A program made the translations under genes and the position numbers. A model generated the notes under the pieces. The model saw nothing but the letters and a program-made list of their open reading frames with translations. It was not told the origin of the DNA and ran no database searches. From NCBI GenBank assembly GCA_964252035.1, contig OZ176213.1: a stretch of 64,000 nucleotides of DNA, one strand, 5' to 3'. The stretch is from Podarcis erhardii (taxonomy: Eukaryota). The first letter of the stretch is position 1. Each line of letters begins with the position of its first letter. Positions 38,444 through 51,116 of the stretch are shown here, in pieces.

Positions 38444-38892
38444 TGTTAGAATTCCTGCTCCATGATTGCAGTCATGGGATTTTTGTCTATCACATGACGG
38501 TGTATGTTTTGACTCCACAGAGTGGGAAGTGACGGAGGCAGGATGTTTGTATTACTGTGTTCCTTGAAGTGGGACTATTGTCCTTTGTTTTTTTCTCTCT
38601 TTGCTGTCTGATGCTAGAGAGAGAGGAAGCCATGGTGCAGTGCTCCGTGTGTGTTTATATGTAAATAAAGTAGATTAGCCAAAATGCTGAGTTGCTGAGG
38701 TCTGTTACGCAAAGCTGTGAAGACTCTGAGGACCCCTAAGTGTGCTGATGTCTGTTGGCATTGGTCGCTGTGATGTTCGGGCAGAAGAAAGCTTTTGAAG
38801 CTCCCGAATGATCGACCAGGAGGGAGGGAAAATGCCAGTTGGGCATGTGTCTCTACCAATGGCCTACGCAAGTGTAGGACGAGCTCCTGACA
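38444..38892 (+). mobile_element. Probable solo LTR nested in a MITE
   Basis: TGTTAG...TGACA termini and internal GTAAATAAAG. It splits a GGGAC/GTCCC-repeat MITE (38403-38443 and 38893-38993). TSD is degenerate. Confidence 0.6.
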
Positions 38893-39791
38893 GGCCTAAG
38901 TAAAACCAGGATATTCCGGGATCAAATCAGAAACCAGGATAGCTTATGTAAATTCAGGGACTGTCCCTGGAAAATAGGGACAATGAGGGTCTGAAGTTCA
39001 TGTTATGTTCTTATGCAGGGCTCTTGGTCCTAATCAGACCCATGGGCGGGAGTCCCCATCACTGCTTTAGGATTCCCCCGCTGCCGTAAATATATATTTT
39101 TTACTGCTGCAAATCTCAGGGTTTCTTCAAGTCTACTTGTGGGTGGCAGCATTTGGGCTACATAATTGTGAGCCTTTGAAGACTTTATTTTGGATTTAAT
39201 ATCCACATGATATTCACCCCTAGGATTGTAAAAATCAGTGCTTCAGGTGTGATGGCCAATACACCCGAATCCAGAGAGTTAGTTATTGACACACATGTCA
39301 AAGGCTTCATTTGTTTTCTTTGAGATGAAGAAGGTTCCTAAGTGCAGGACACCACGTTGCATTTCCTCTTGCTGGTGGGTTAAACAAATGAGAGACAAAT
39401 ACATACAACGCTTTCCCCTCATATATTCAAGATTTCATTGGTTCCCTTGGTGGTCCTTGAACGAGGAACAGTTTCAACTGATCTTAACCTGCCTCTCAAC
39501 AGAAAGTGAAATTTAAGCAGCTTAGCCAGATACTGCAGCACTTAATAGAATTAATGGCAGAGGTGGTCCAAGCCAAGAACACGAGACTGAAGCAAATGTT
39601 TTATTTATTTTTATTTTATTCCCACTCCATCAGAATTTTGTAAGTCCTGTTTTGCACCCATAGAGAGTGCTTTGTTAAAAAATTCCAAAACAGCAAGCCC
39701 ATTTTCTCACTGTCAGAATAAATGCTTAACTTTATTCAATCGTCTGAAGTTTGTTTGTTTGTTTGTGTGTGTGTGTGCACGTGCGCATAAG

Positions 39792-40237
39792 CAGGGCTGG
39801 ATTTAGGTTTGATGAGGCCCTAAGCTACTGAAGTTTTTGGGGCCCTTTATATGTCCAGCTGTCCTTTGTCAACAAGTTGTCACTGTTTTTTTCCTGCTGA
39901 ACATATGCTATATGGTAATTTATGGACCTAATAGGTATCTAAAGCCATTTGCACATGTTGCCCTGCAACCAGTCCATGCAGAACGTAGGCACCCTATATA
40001 TATAGAAATGAGCAAACCAGTTATATTTTAGGGAGCAGACAGGAACCATTACTTACATCATAGGAGCTTACACAACACAAAACACTGTTGCTGTATGTAG
40101 GTTTTATTTTATTTGTTTTTTATCTTATATTTTGGAAATGTACATCCAGGTTCTTTTTCTTTAAATTTTTTTTGGGCCCCCAAGAGAGTGGGACCCTAAG
40201 TTATAGCTTGTTTAGCTTATAGGTAAATCCGGCACTC
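39792..40237. mobile_element. hAT-type non-autonomous DNA element
   Basis: TIR CAGGGCTGGATTTA / TAAATCCGGCACTC with GGGCCC subterminal motifs. No TSD. Confidence 0.7.
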
Positions 40238-40709
40238 TCTCACTCTCTCTGTGTGTATGTGTAGGTTTAGAGAAATGTTGCCCCATATACTAGGATACCC
40301 ACTGCTGCTGGTGCCTAGTTGCAGAAGCTTTTCAACTTCTACCACAACCAACCTCTGGTTGGATTAATGTGAACCCAATTCATTCATGACAGACTTGCTG
40401 AAATGGACTGCAGAACATTCCAATACCATTCCAGTTGACCCTACTGCCTTTGATCCTACAGCCCCCCCCCCAGCTTCTTAGGGGACAGAGAGAGAAAGAG
40501 AGAGAGAGAAGTTGCTCATTCCAGCAGAAGGGGGTTTGCCAATTAACTGTTCCATCTCACATTGCCCTCCAAACAATTTCGCAGCATCTCCTAGGCACAC
40601 AAAAACAGCTAACAATGCTGACTGTTGCACAACCTGCAGCAACTGGAAATATTTAATGCTTTTAAATCCACACAGTTCTGAAAAAATAAATAAATTGGTG
40701 TAACCTTAT

Positions 40710-40936
40710 CCAGTGTTGTGTAGTGGTTAAGAGCGGTGAACTGGGTTCGATTCCCCACTCCTCCACATGCGGCTGCTGGGTGACCTTGGGCTAGTCTCTC
40801 AGCCCCACTCACCTCACAGAGTGTTTGTTGTGGGGGAGGAAGGGAAAAGAGATTGTTAGCCGCTTTGAGAGTCCTTAGGGTAATGATAAAGCAGGATATC
40901 AAATCCAAACTCCTCTTCTTCCTCTTCTTCTTCTTC
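40710..40936 (+). mobile_element. Squam3-like SINE with two short internal deletions
   Basis: High similarity to 12050-12286, (CTT)n tail. Confidence 0.88.
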
Positions 40937-42380
40937 ACCCAGCACAATGTTGTGTTTCCATTTTTTTTAAAAGAATCTGTCTGTCTCAGGGATAATGCAA
41001 ATTGAATGGTTAATGTGCACAGCAACCGGCCATTGTGCACATTCCCCAGAAAATATACAGTTTCTTTATCATGCAAAGATGATCATTCACTATGAGGTGT
41101 GATTAATGAGCACAATGGACCGTTGTTATGCACGTTAACCACTCAACTTAAATTACCCATAACATACACAGAGAATGCAGTACTCCTCCTTTGAAAATAA
41201 TCCACAGGGGACAGGCTTCTCCGTGTTTATTTCAAGCATATGTGCTGCACATTTTCTGTGGGTTCTGCCCCTTGAGACACTGGGATTCACCCTCTTACCC
41301 ATGAGGTGTGGGGGGGGGGGCTTGGGAAGCTAGTGGACTTGTGATGCTCTCACTTTTGAGGGACACCTGAACAACCACTGCTTTTTTAGGGTACGAAGCA
41401 GAACTAAGCATGGCATTAATGTATGCCAGCATGACCCTCATTATCTTTGGGGTCATTTGTCTCATGTGCCATCCATTTGAGGTATGTCCTTAACCATAGC
41501 ACAAAGGAACAAAAGCTTGGTTGGAAATTAAAATGCTTCCCAGTTCTATCAGCTTTTATTGCATTACAATGAAGGTAGATAATTTAATTACATTTTCAGT
41601 GAAGGACGTTTTTTATATATTCAGTAGAACACTTGCCAGTCCCCCCCCCTTTAAACTAGTGCTGCAGTTGTATTTAAATACCAAAGGGGACAGGGCTACT
41701 TAATTTCTTGATAGATGTTATTAAAAAAAACCCCAACCACCCTACAGAACATTACTCAGCTGAAATGAGGACAAAGTTCTTCATAAACGCGTGGAAAAAA
41801 TGAATGAAATGTAATATCAATATAACGTATGATATCCAACTAACTCATATTCAGGATTGAAATCAATGGGCTTCCAATGATTTTGATGAGTGTGACTTAG
41901 CTGGATGCCTTCACAGAGGGGGCTGTGGTCTTTCTTGATTCCACTACAAACTGACCTGATCTATATATCCTGGACTAATGCACTGATAAAGGACACAGTT
42001 ACACACTGGATTTCACACTTTAGCAAATGCTGTGATACAGTTCAAAGTACTTATTTTTTAAAAAATGTATTTGGGAGGAAATAGGTTTAGAAAGACTTTT
42101 GCTTGAAAAATTGTTTTAAATGCATATATATTTAAATACGCATCTTTGTGTACTTCCTTTTAAAATGCAAATCAGTGCAGAAATGGAACTAATGGGTGAA
42201 TCTATGTGGAAGTGACATCCACCCCCAGCTTCCCTGTAGACTTGCTGTTGACTCCATCCTGCAGATCTGTGGAGATTCTTGAGAAAATTTCTCAAAAATT
42301 GTAATTGATTTCTTTTCTTCACTAACAATTTTTATTCAAGGCAGAAGGGGAAAGAAAAGAAATCTCAAGCTAAGTTTATT

Positions 42381-42632
42381 AGGCCACGTCTACACCACAC
42401 ATTTAAAGCACTATGATACCATTTTAAAGAGGCATGGCTTCCCCCAAGGCTTGTTAAGGGTGCTGAGAGTTGTCAAGTGCCTCCTGTTCCCCTCAAAGAG
42501 CTACAATTACCAGAGTGGTTTAACAACCAATATATCTTCACAGGAAGCTCTGGGAATTGTAGTTCATTGAGGGGGAAAGGGACTTTTTTTCTAGAAGAAA
42601 AGCATTGGTTAAATGTGTAACTTGTTGCAATA
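42381..42632. mobile_element. Harbinger-type MITE (decayed)
   Basis: Starts GGCCACGTCTACAC. Right end is degenerate. Confidence 0.45.
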
Positions 42633-43316
42633 ATTTCATGGTTAGTACTGGCCCCTTTTCTTAACAGAAGAAAACCACTGATTACACCCCAAATGAACCC
42701 CAAAGTGGGTTTTCTACCACTTCAGTCTATGTCTATTCCATGTAAGATCCAGAAAAGTGCAAAATCTGAAGGATAATTGTATTTTGATCCATGGTGCAAT
42801 TAAAGTCTGTTTGCTTTAAAATGCAGAGCAAATGAATTTCTCCGCCATCCCTATTATAACATTCGGGGAAAGGAGCACATTTGCATTGCTGAGTTACGGA
42901 GTTAAAATCACACTTTAAGAAGTTGCCTCCCTGGAAAATACCAATTTTTGGGGGATGAGAAAATGAAAATATAATTCATCATTCCCTGAAGATTAAACCA
43001 AAATCCATTCACAAACTCCCCCCCCCCCCGGATAATAGTGCAGCTGAAAAACTTCACATGGGGGACCACCAATGATTTACTGCCTCATTTTACTTTTAAT
43101 TTAGTGACTGTATTCATTCAAAAAGGGGGGCGGGGGGAGAAAGAAAAAAGTAAGGTGAACCACATGAACTGAAAAATTTAAACACCTTGTTAGCATTACA
43201 GATGGTTTTCTCTACCAAATGCATTGTTTTGTCAAGGAACAGTATTTCATGGACAATTTCTTCATGAAGATGCGGTGGGCTGTGTGCAGGGCTTTATAGG
43301 ACAGAAATAGAATATA

Positions 43317-43542
43317 CAGTGGTACCTCGGGTTAAGTACTTAATTCATTCCGGAGGTCTGTTCTTAACCTGAAACTGTTCTTAACCTGAAGCACCACTTT
43401 AGCTAATGGGGCCTCCCACTGCCAGCGCGCCGCTGGAGCACGATTTCTGTTCTCATCCTGAAGCAAAGTTCTTAACCTGAAGCACTATTTCTGGGTTAGC
43501 GGAGTCTGTAACCTGAAGCATATGTAACCCAAGGTACCACTG
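43317..43542. mobile_element. Tc1/pogo (Tigger-like) MITE
   Basis: TIR CAGTGGTACCT / AGGTACCACTG, TA TSD on both sides, internal TAACCTGAAG repeats. Confidence 0.92.
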
Positions 43543-43862
43543 TATACAGCTTTGTTTCTGGCTACAGTTCAGGGTCAATGTGAACAGAATAGTGTTATTG
43601 CCTTTGTACTCCCCATGAAGTGTGTGGAGGGGGCTGTTATTTGCTGACTTGGAGGGGAAGGTAAGGCCATTTTTTGCTCTTAACCTGAAAAAAAGAGGTG
43701 GCTGAAAGGGTTTTCCTTTTCTTTCTACCCTTCCTTTAACAACAGCAGCAAAGGTGTGGTGGTCTCTTGAGGCAGTGCTTGGCTGCTCCTGGATGGTGTT
43801 GTGGTTAGATTCAGGCTGAATCTACACGTATATAAAAAACGCTGTGAAAAGGCTTTTTTTAA

Positions 43863-43894
<32 letters not shown>

Positions 43895-45642
43895 TGAATT
43901 TGCCATTAGCTCACCATCGCTATCTAGTGTCACATTTGTATAATGCACTTGAAATGCACTTGAAACGTTATATTTGCAGCTGTAGAGCTGAATCCTCAGT
44001 CAGTCACAAAACCACAAAAATACAGAAATAAAAACAGTATCAAGGTACATTTCAGCTTGGGTGGTTCCCCAGCACACTGTACATCATGCTGTGAGCCATC
44101 CCTAGGAGTTGTGAGGAAAAGGGTTGTTATAAGATTGTAGGGTTGGTTTAGATAATACCTTCAGGTCCTCTCCAAGCCTGTGGTTTTGTATCAATAAGAT
44201 GGGGGGTATGTAGTATAAGGAACTGCTGAAGTAGCCAACCCAGTTAAGTTAAATTAATGGACTGAACCAAGCCTGTTAAGCTTCTGATTTCCATGTCTAA
44301 ATCGTTGGTCATGTACAGATGGGAACAGCTAGCTAGTGATGTTTCCAGAAGGAGGGGGCAAGCTTTCCCCTGGACAGCTGGAAGTCATGTCACCCTAGGG
44401 GTAGGAGAACAATAGGCCAGGGGCTAGTCTGGTTTAGTCTCAGATGGAACTGAGAGCTGCGGAAACACAAAGGCTGGACTTGCTTTTTATGCTGAGTTCA
44501 AATCTATGACTTTGGTATCCTCCCTAGGAACCTTACGGGGAAGTAAGATCTCTTAGAGCATTAATGCTGTGAGTCCTTGCATTTTATGCTCAGGCTGCAC
44601 ATGCGTGTTGATAAATCCATATATCAAAAAGACACCACAGACTTCATTAATTTTCATTCCAATGAAAATTACCCCAATGAGAATTACCCCTGGAACCCCT
44701 GAAGTCTCTCGTTCCTCAGAGTTTGGGGTGTACATAACAGTATAAAATTTTAATAAAGTATATAAAATTTTTAAGTGGGCTTTTCAAACATAGTTGTGCT
44801 TTTTCTCCCCTACCAGTTTTCTTCATTAGGAAGTCTGACCAAGTCAGGACTAGTTGCGGCTCATGCTTTGCTTGGTCCAGCTTTTCTTTATGCATCATTA
44901 AAAGCTCACCAACAATAGTTCTCTTGTGGGTTTCAAGGAGGGGCAGTATACAAATTTAATAAATAATTATAATTATAGTTATAATATTTCCTCCCTATTC
45001 TCCCACCACAAACCTCATAAATAGCAATGCAATTAGCAGTAAAACGATCCACTGGAGATGAAAAATCAATGATTTAATCGTACGGGAGAATTTAAGCCAA
45101 TATTCTAGTGCATGTTATAAAGGCCAATCACATTTGGTACATTAAAATCAACATAAACCGAAAACTAGCCTTGCAAGTAATAAATGCATTTTCAATAAAA
45201 CCTCACTAGGAAAACACCTGGTCTTTAAATGCATCACACCTGCGAATCAATGCACCACCCATGTGAGGTGTGAGGTCTAATAATGCACATGATATTGAAT
45301 AGTTAAATCATTATGCAAGTCTGTGTCTTCCTCTTTAATGTCCATGGGGTTGTTTTTTTAAAGGATTTATATGCAGTGCATTGTGGAATAATTCCTCTTT
45401 CAGATACTGTGGATCCAGTTGCCGAGAAGTGATAGGAAGCAGTATCCCTGTAAAACTATGTCGCTACAAACTACATCCTTTGTGCCACCACGAACTACTG
45501 CCATCTCTTCAAAATGTCTTAACTCCAGGCAAATCATCTCCTCCTTCAGTGGAGTTTCAGCAGTCGTTCAGAGCTTTCTGGAAACAGGAGTGCTGTTATA
45601 AAAGTCAGAACTCAAACCAGGAGCCTCTGGGGCACCACATTT

Positions 45643-45995
45643 CATAGAATCATAGAATTGTACAGGTTGAAGGGGCCCCAAGGGTCATCGAGTCCAACCA
45701 CCTCCAGTGCCAAAAACCAACCACAATCACTGCCAAAAAATCCCTGACAGATGGCCATCTGATCTCTATTTAAAAACCTCCAGTGAAGGAGAGTCCACCA
45801 CCTTCTGAGCTAGTCTGTTCCACTGTTGAACAGCTCTTGTCACCAGAAAGTTATTCTGAATGTTCAGTCATTTCTTGCAATTCCTACTCCCTGGAGCAGC
45901 AGAAAACAAGCTTGCCCCATCTTCCATGTGAGAGCCCTTCAGATATTTGAAAATGGCTACCATATCACCTCTCCGTTTTCTCTTCTCTGTGCTAA
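45643..45995 (-). mobile_element. CR1 LINE 3' end
   Basis: Reverse of the (ATTCTATG)n tail followed by the CR1 3' UTR and ORF2 end. Confidence 0.8.
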
Positions 45996-46229
45996 ACACT
46001 GGGACTGAAAATATTAAATACTAAGTGGGTTTTTAATATTTCAGATAATGCATATTTTTGTTATTGTTTTGTATTACAAATTAGTGAGAAAAACAGGATG
46101 GAAGAGATTTATGGGCAAAGAGAGGTAAAAGTGACCTCAGCTAGAGCTGAATGGAAATTACTCTCAGAAGATGTTTTATAATAAAATTAATGAGATTTCC
46201 CCCCCTCACTCCGCCACCCTCAAAGCCCT

Positions 46230-46800
46230 AGAATGATATGGGTTGTAGATTGCGGATTGTGTTGGATGTAAAATACACTGATTCACTTGCATTTGCTTGC
46301 ACGATCTGTGTACTGGAGTGCGCTTGAGCCCCTGAATGAGGGCCTCAAGACACGAAACTTCCTTGTTTTTCCAGACTATAGCTTCATGGATTGCATTCTA
46401 ACTTTGCAGTCCGAAGGCTTATCCTCATAAGATTGCTGGCTTGGATAATTAACACTTGAAAAGCTAACATAGAGAGAAGCCTGTCACCGTGATAAATATC
46501 TGGGCTGAATTATTGATAAAAGGAGTCAGGGTGTTATGATGTCTAAGAATGTCCAAATGGGTTTTGAGTGGGGGTGGAGGGGGGCTCGGAACACCACATT
46601 ACAGCACATGACAGACCGCTGCAAAATCTTATGTCACATAAGTTCCATAATTGCTAGAGAAATGTGTGCTTTTTATAGCGTTGGCCCATGAAATTCATAG
46701 AATGTGTCAAGGGATAAGTTACTGCAGTCCCGAGGCTGTAATCAGATTATTAGTGGGAAGTTTGACAATTTTTGCTTGGAACACGAAATGAATAGCTCCA
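46230..46800. promoter_or_regulatory. Candidate conserved non-coding element (enhancer-like)
   Basis: Unique complex sequence with retained CpGs and GATA/TAAT motifs. Conservation not tested. Confidence 0.4.
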
Positions 46801-47780
46801 GTTCCTAAGCTGGAGCTGATTTCGCTGAGTCCAAACCTGCACACAAATCAGGTGTACCTAGATCCACTGAATTCAATGGGTTCAAGAGTGCTTAATGCCT
46901 ATGTGTGTTTATGTATTAGGGCCAGGGATGGCACAAGTATTCACCCAAAACTGGCTCAGAATTGAACCCTTGTAGTTTGGAGAACCTGATCCATGCTGGT
47001 TCTGCTTCGGCAAGATTTGCCCTTCTGTATGCTTGGCACACAATTATCAATTGGATTACTTCTATGCACTACCTCCAGTGAGAGGCAGTATACCCCTGGG
47101 TACTACTTTCTGGGAATCACAAATGGGGAGAATTCTGTTGCATTCATGTCCTGCTTGTGGAATTCCTATAGGCTGTTGGCCACCATGGGAACAGGATCCT
47201 GGACTAGATGGGCCTTTGGTATGATCCAGCAGTCAGGCCCTTCTTATGTTCTTATGAAGCTTATCGAAGCAGCTGCACCCTCTCATTATGAGTATGGAGG
47301 GTTATCTGAGCACATGGGGGGGGGTAGACTGAAATATGATACTACAGGATATGGAAAAGCATGAGACTTAGGGTTTGGTCTAAATCGAGTGATTGACAGA
47401 TTGCAGATTAAAAGTCTCTACACCTTTTGAATGCATTAGAAAGGAAGAAGTAGGCTGAAAGTCAGTCTGGGAGAATTAACTCTATTAATCCATGTACCTT
47501 GCCCAGGGAGTTATGCAATTTCTAAACGATACCTTCTTAATGTACCAATTACACTTTTGAAGGCAGTTGATAAATGACTTGCTATCTTTATGTGGAAGGA
47601 CAAAAGAAGGAATGGGAATGCCGCATCAGACACTGCAAATATCAAAAGATAAAGAGCTCCAGGGTAAGCTTGCTTCATCTTCTTCACCTGCAGAAGCAGA
47701 AAAAGGAAGCAATTTAATGTGCTCTTGGATCAGAAAATTGCAAATGTATCATCTAGGACTCACAGGTTCAAATTCTTCTT

Positions 47781-48323
47781 TGTTAAGGACCTAAGAGAAG
47801 CCCTCTCCCACCAGAGCAATGCATCCTGTTCCATGGGAACCAGAGACTTGTTGGGAAGTAGAACGTGTCTGGTGAAGTCACAGCAGGTGCAGACTGGTCA
47901 AGATAGGCAAAGTATATCACAGGAGGCAAGGTCAGCTCAAGAAGGTCAAATCCAGTCAAGGTACAAGCGGCAAGGTCAGAAAAGTTTTCTTATGTAGGCA
48001 ACAGATGAAATCAGGACCGTGGATAGCTCCAGCGTAACCTCAGTAGCTGAAGCTATCTCTGGCTAAAGTACCCATAGGAAGATGTTAAGTCTTATGTAGG
48101 CTGACAGTACATGTAATGTTTGGTACACCTTCCTGGAGGAGCTGTCTTGGTTGTCAAAGGACCCTCCCCTTTGAGAGGCAGGGGGGATGGAGAAACTGCC
48201 TCTCAGTTTGATGATTGTGGCAACTATGTCCTTGGCTAGGAGGGCCTCAAATACAGTAACTGCAGATTTCTCCCTGCAAAGGAACAGGACTAAACCTTGC
48301 CCCCCTCAGGGTCCTTCATCACA
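47781..48323 (-). mobile_element. Probable solo LTR (543 bp)
   Basis: TGT...ACA termini, near-matching 4-bp flanks TCTT/TATT, and a CAAGG-repeat block resembling the reverse of an R/U5 region. Confidence 0.5.
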
Positions 48324-48552
48324 TATTCCTGAAGTCAGGAGTCATGGCACAATACACCATCTATTCCAGCATCCTGTTTCATCTGTGGCCAGCCAGACAC
48401 TCTGGGAAACAAGCAACATGGGGTATGGTGACAACATCCGTCTCTCAGAAAATGCTGTCCTTGGAAAATGGGAAGGGGCTGGAGGATATATGGATGACAA
48501 TCATGGCAACAAAACAAAGCTCTCCTTGCTTTTCTGTGTGGTGCAGCTGAGT

Positions 48553-49134
48553 CATAGCTGTCAAGTGTCCCTTATTTGAAGGGACAGTCCCTTATTCCAG
48601 CGCCATGTCCCGCTGCTGTTCCTTATTGATGGATGTCCCTTAAATGTCCCTTAAACGATGTCCCTTAAATTTCAAAGGAAGCAGCTCCTCTCCTCCCTCC
48701 CTGCCGGCCAGGGAGGAGGGAGGCTCCAACTGTGTTGCTTGGCTGTGTTGCTCACCCAATAAGAAGTCTAAGAATGACTGGGGGTGGAGTTTGCATGCCT
48801 TGCGTGTGGCTAGTTAATGCAAGCTGAGGTGGGTTTTGAATGCTGGATGCCATTTTGTTGCACGTGCTGCTGCAAACTTTGCAGTGCAAAGCCAGGCCAG
48901 GGAGCCATCTTAAGTTGAGGCTGCATAGGCCTTGTGGTGCATGTGATTCAGATTCTATTCAGTTGAACCTCTGGTTACAAAGTTGGTTGGACAGTGTTCT
49001 CGAAGCTACCCAGCATGAGTTTGACCAGACTGCAGGAGGACAGGAAGACTGGAGTGCCTGGAACAGCTGAGTTTGCAGGTCCCTTATTTTGGCTGCTGGT
49101 CCCTTATTTTCAAATCTGTAAGTTGACAGCTATG
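48553..49134. mobile_element. hAT-type MITE (582 bp) containing a Bov-B fragment
   Basis: 12-bp TIR CATAGCTGTCAA / TTGACAGCTATG, perfect 8-bp TSD AGCTGAGT, subterminal GTCCCTTA repeats, Bov-B match at 48981-49061. Confidence 0.9.
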
Positions 49135-50493
49135 AGCTGAGTTGGCCTCAGCTCCCTGCTGAGAAATCTCTTTGAGGAGGGTGGAGGTCTATCAAGGTCT
49201 GCCAAAGCCTGCAGTCAACTCTGGACGGCATTAGGGATACACCAGGAAGGAGACAAAAGGAGAATTATTTGGCTCTGCCTCTCACTGGTTCTGGCTCCAC
49301 TATCTGTGGGTCTCCCTGCTTTATGCCCCACCAGCCACTAATGGGCACTGGCTGCTGCTGCTGCTGCTTCCCAGGAAAGATCTTTTCACGAAGGCTGAGC
49401 TGGTAGAGATTGTGTGCCTTGCCTGGCTCGTTCCCTTTTCACAGCTCCCTGGCTTTTCAAGACAGCAAAGGGTGTGTTTACATCAAATTTTGGAAAAGAA
49501 ACAACATCTTCCTCAGATTTCTATGTATACCCAGGGAATTCCTAGCAGCCAACCCATCCATGCCCAAAATTATCAGCAGATCAAAGACATTATATTTATC
49601 AAGCACTGCCATAACACATTTAATAGCGGCATGATGGATGCTGTTGCAGCGGGCACAGAACACTTTGATGTACATGGCCTTCTTTGATTAATGAGGGCGC
49701 CTGCTGAGATGCTGCATATGGAGTAGATTAGTCTTTTCAAAAATGGCTGGTTTTGCACTATTGGACTAATTATTTCACAAGCTTGGGGTCAGTTCCAAAT
49801 TCCATCTCAAAAAAAAGGGGGGGGGAGGAGGCCAAGTTCTAATTATAGCAAAAGCCGTTTGGGCCTCCTATCCCTGTTTCCTTGCTCTGGAGAGAGGAGC
49901 AACTCTGCTTTATCAGAATGCACCGATTTCAGCTCTCCAACTTCAGACAGGAAAATAATGGCATGCATTTTTTTCCACATAAAAGGGAGAAATTCTAAAC
50001 ACATCTGGGCGGACATAAGTGACGCTGATGTCCATTAAAATTGCATAGGTAGAAACAAAAATTTCAGGTTGGTCAGGTTGAGGACAGGCAAGCGGAGTCT
50101 GCTTTGGAAAACAACACATTTTGCCACCTGACAGGGAAATCCTAGAATAGTCATATTTCCAGAGCAGGGTGGCTGCATCCACACCATGCATTTAAAGCAT
50201 CTGGCCCCCACCCACCAGTGGCATGTGGCACCAGGTGTGGCTTGTGGCACCTGAAAGGCTACTAAGGAAGAAATGAGGTCATCAGGATGGAAAAGGCTCC
50301 CCATCCCTGATGTGAGCTTCCTTGCAAGAAGGGTCAGGTATGAGGCAGCATTGCAGCAAGGGATAATGGGTGGAATTCCTGGATGCCGTTGTCCTGCTCT
50401 GCAGTGTGGCAAGGCTCAACTGGGATGTAGTACAAGTCGAGGAACCCTTTTATAGCAGCAGCACCAGGTGCAGATCATTTATTAGCAGCGCCC

Positions 50494-51110
50494 ATGCTAC
50501 AAGATGACACAATCGCCCCTGAGCACCCTCTCCCACTTCGTGGAGCCTATTTGCCCCCCTGGTATACTTCAGAGCTTAGGGTGAGGAAACTAGCTGGGAG
50601 ACTGCTTGAACACAAGTGGAGGAAAGATCCGAATGAATGCAACCGAACACTGGTAAGGGCTTATTATCAAGCCTACCTAGTGGCAGCAAAGGCAGCAAAG
50701 AAGACATATGTTGCTGCCTCCATTGCATCCTCCTTATGTCATTCAGCAGAGCTTTTCCGGGTTGTATGGGGCCTTTTACAGGCTTGCCCAAAGGTGGTGA
50801 TTGAACCAACGTTAGCTTGCTGTGACTTATTTGCAAAGCATTTTGAGGCTTTTTATTACACCTTCATTATACACCTTTAGGCACCAGGCAAAAACGTTCC
50901 ATTTTAACCAGGACTTGGGTTGATTTGATTGACATCCTATGCCCTTTTAAAAATCTGGGGTTTCTTTGGGAGGGGGAGTTATTGGGTTGTTGTTTTTATT
51001 TTGATTATATATTTTGTGGTTTTATATTTTGATTTTGTTCTGTGAACTGCTCTGAGAGCTCTGGATTTAGGGTGGTATATAAATTCAATAAGTAATAAAA
51101 ATTAAAATAA
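50494..51110 (+). mobile_element. L2 LINE, internally deleted (ORF2 linker joined to the 3' end)
   Basis: DTIAPEHPL...PWYTSELR...KWRK...AAKK..AASIASS...AELFRVV, joined at ~50850 to an L2-type 3' UTR and A-rich tail. Confidence 0.75.
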
Positions 51111-51116
51111 AGATGC

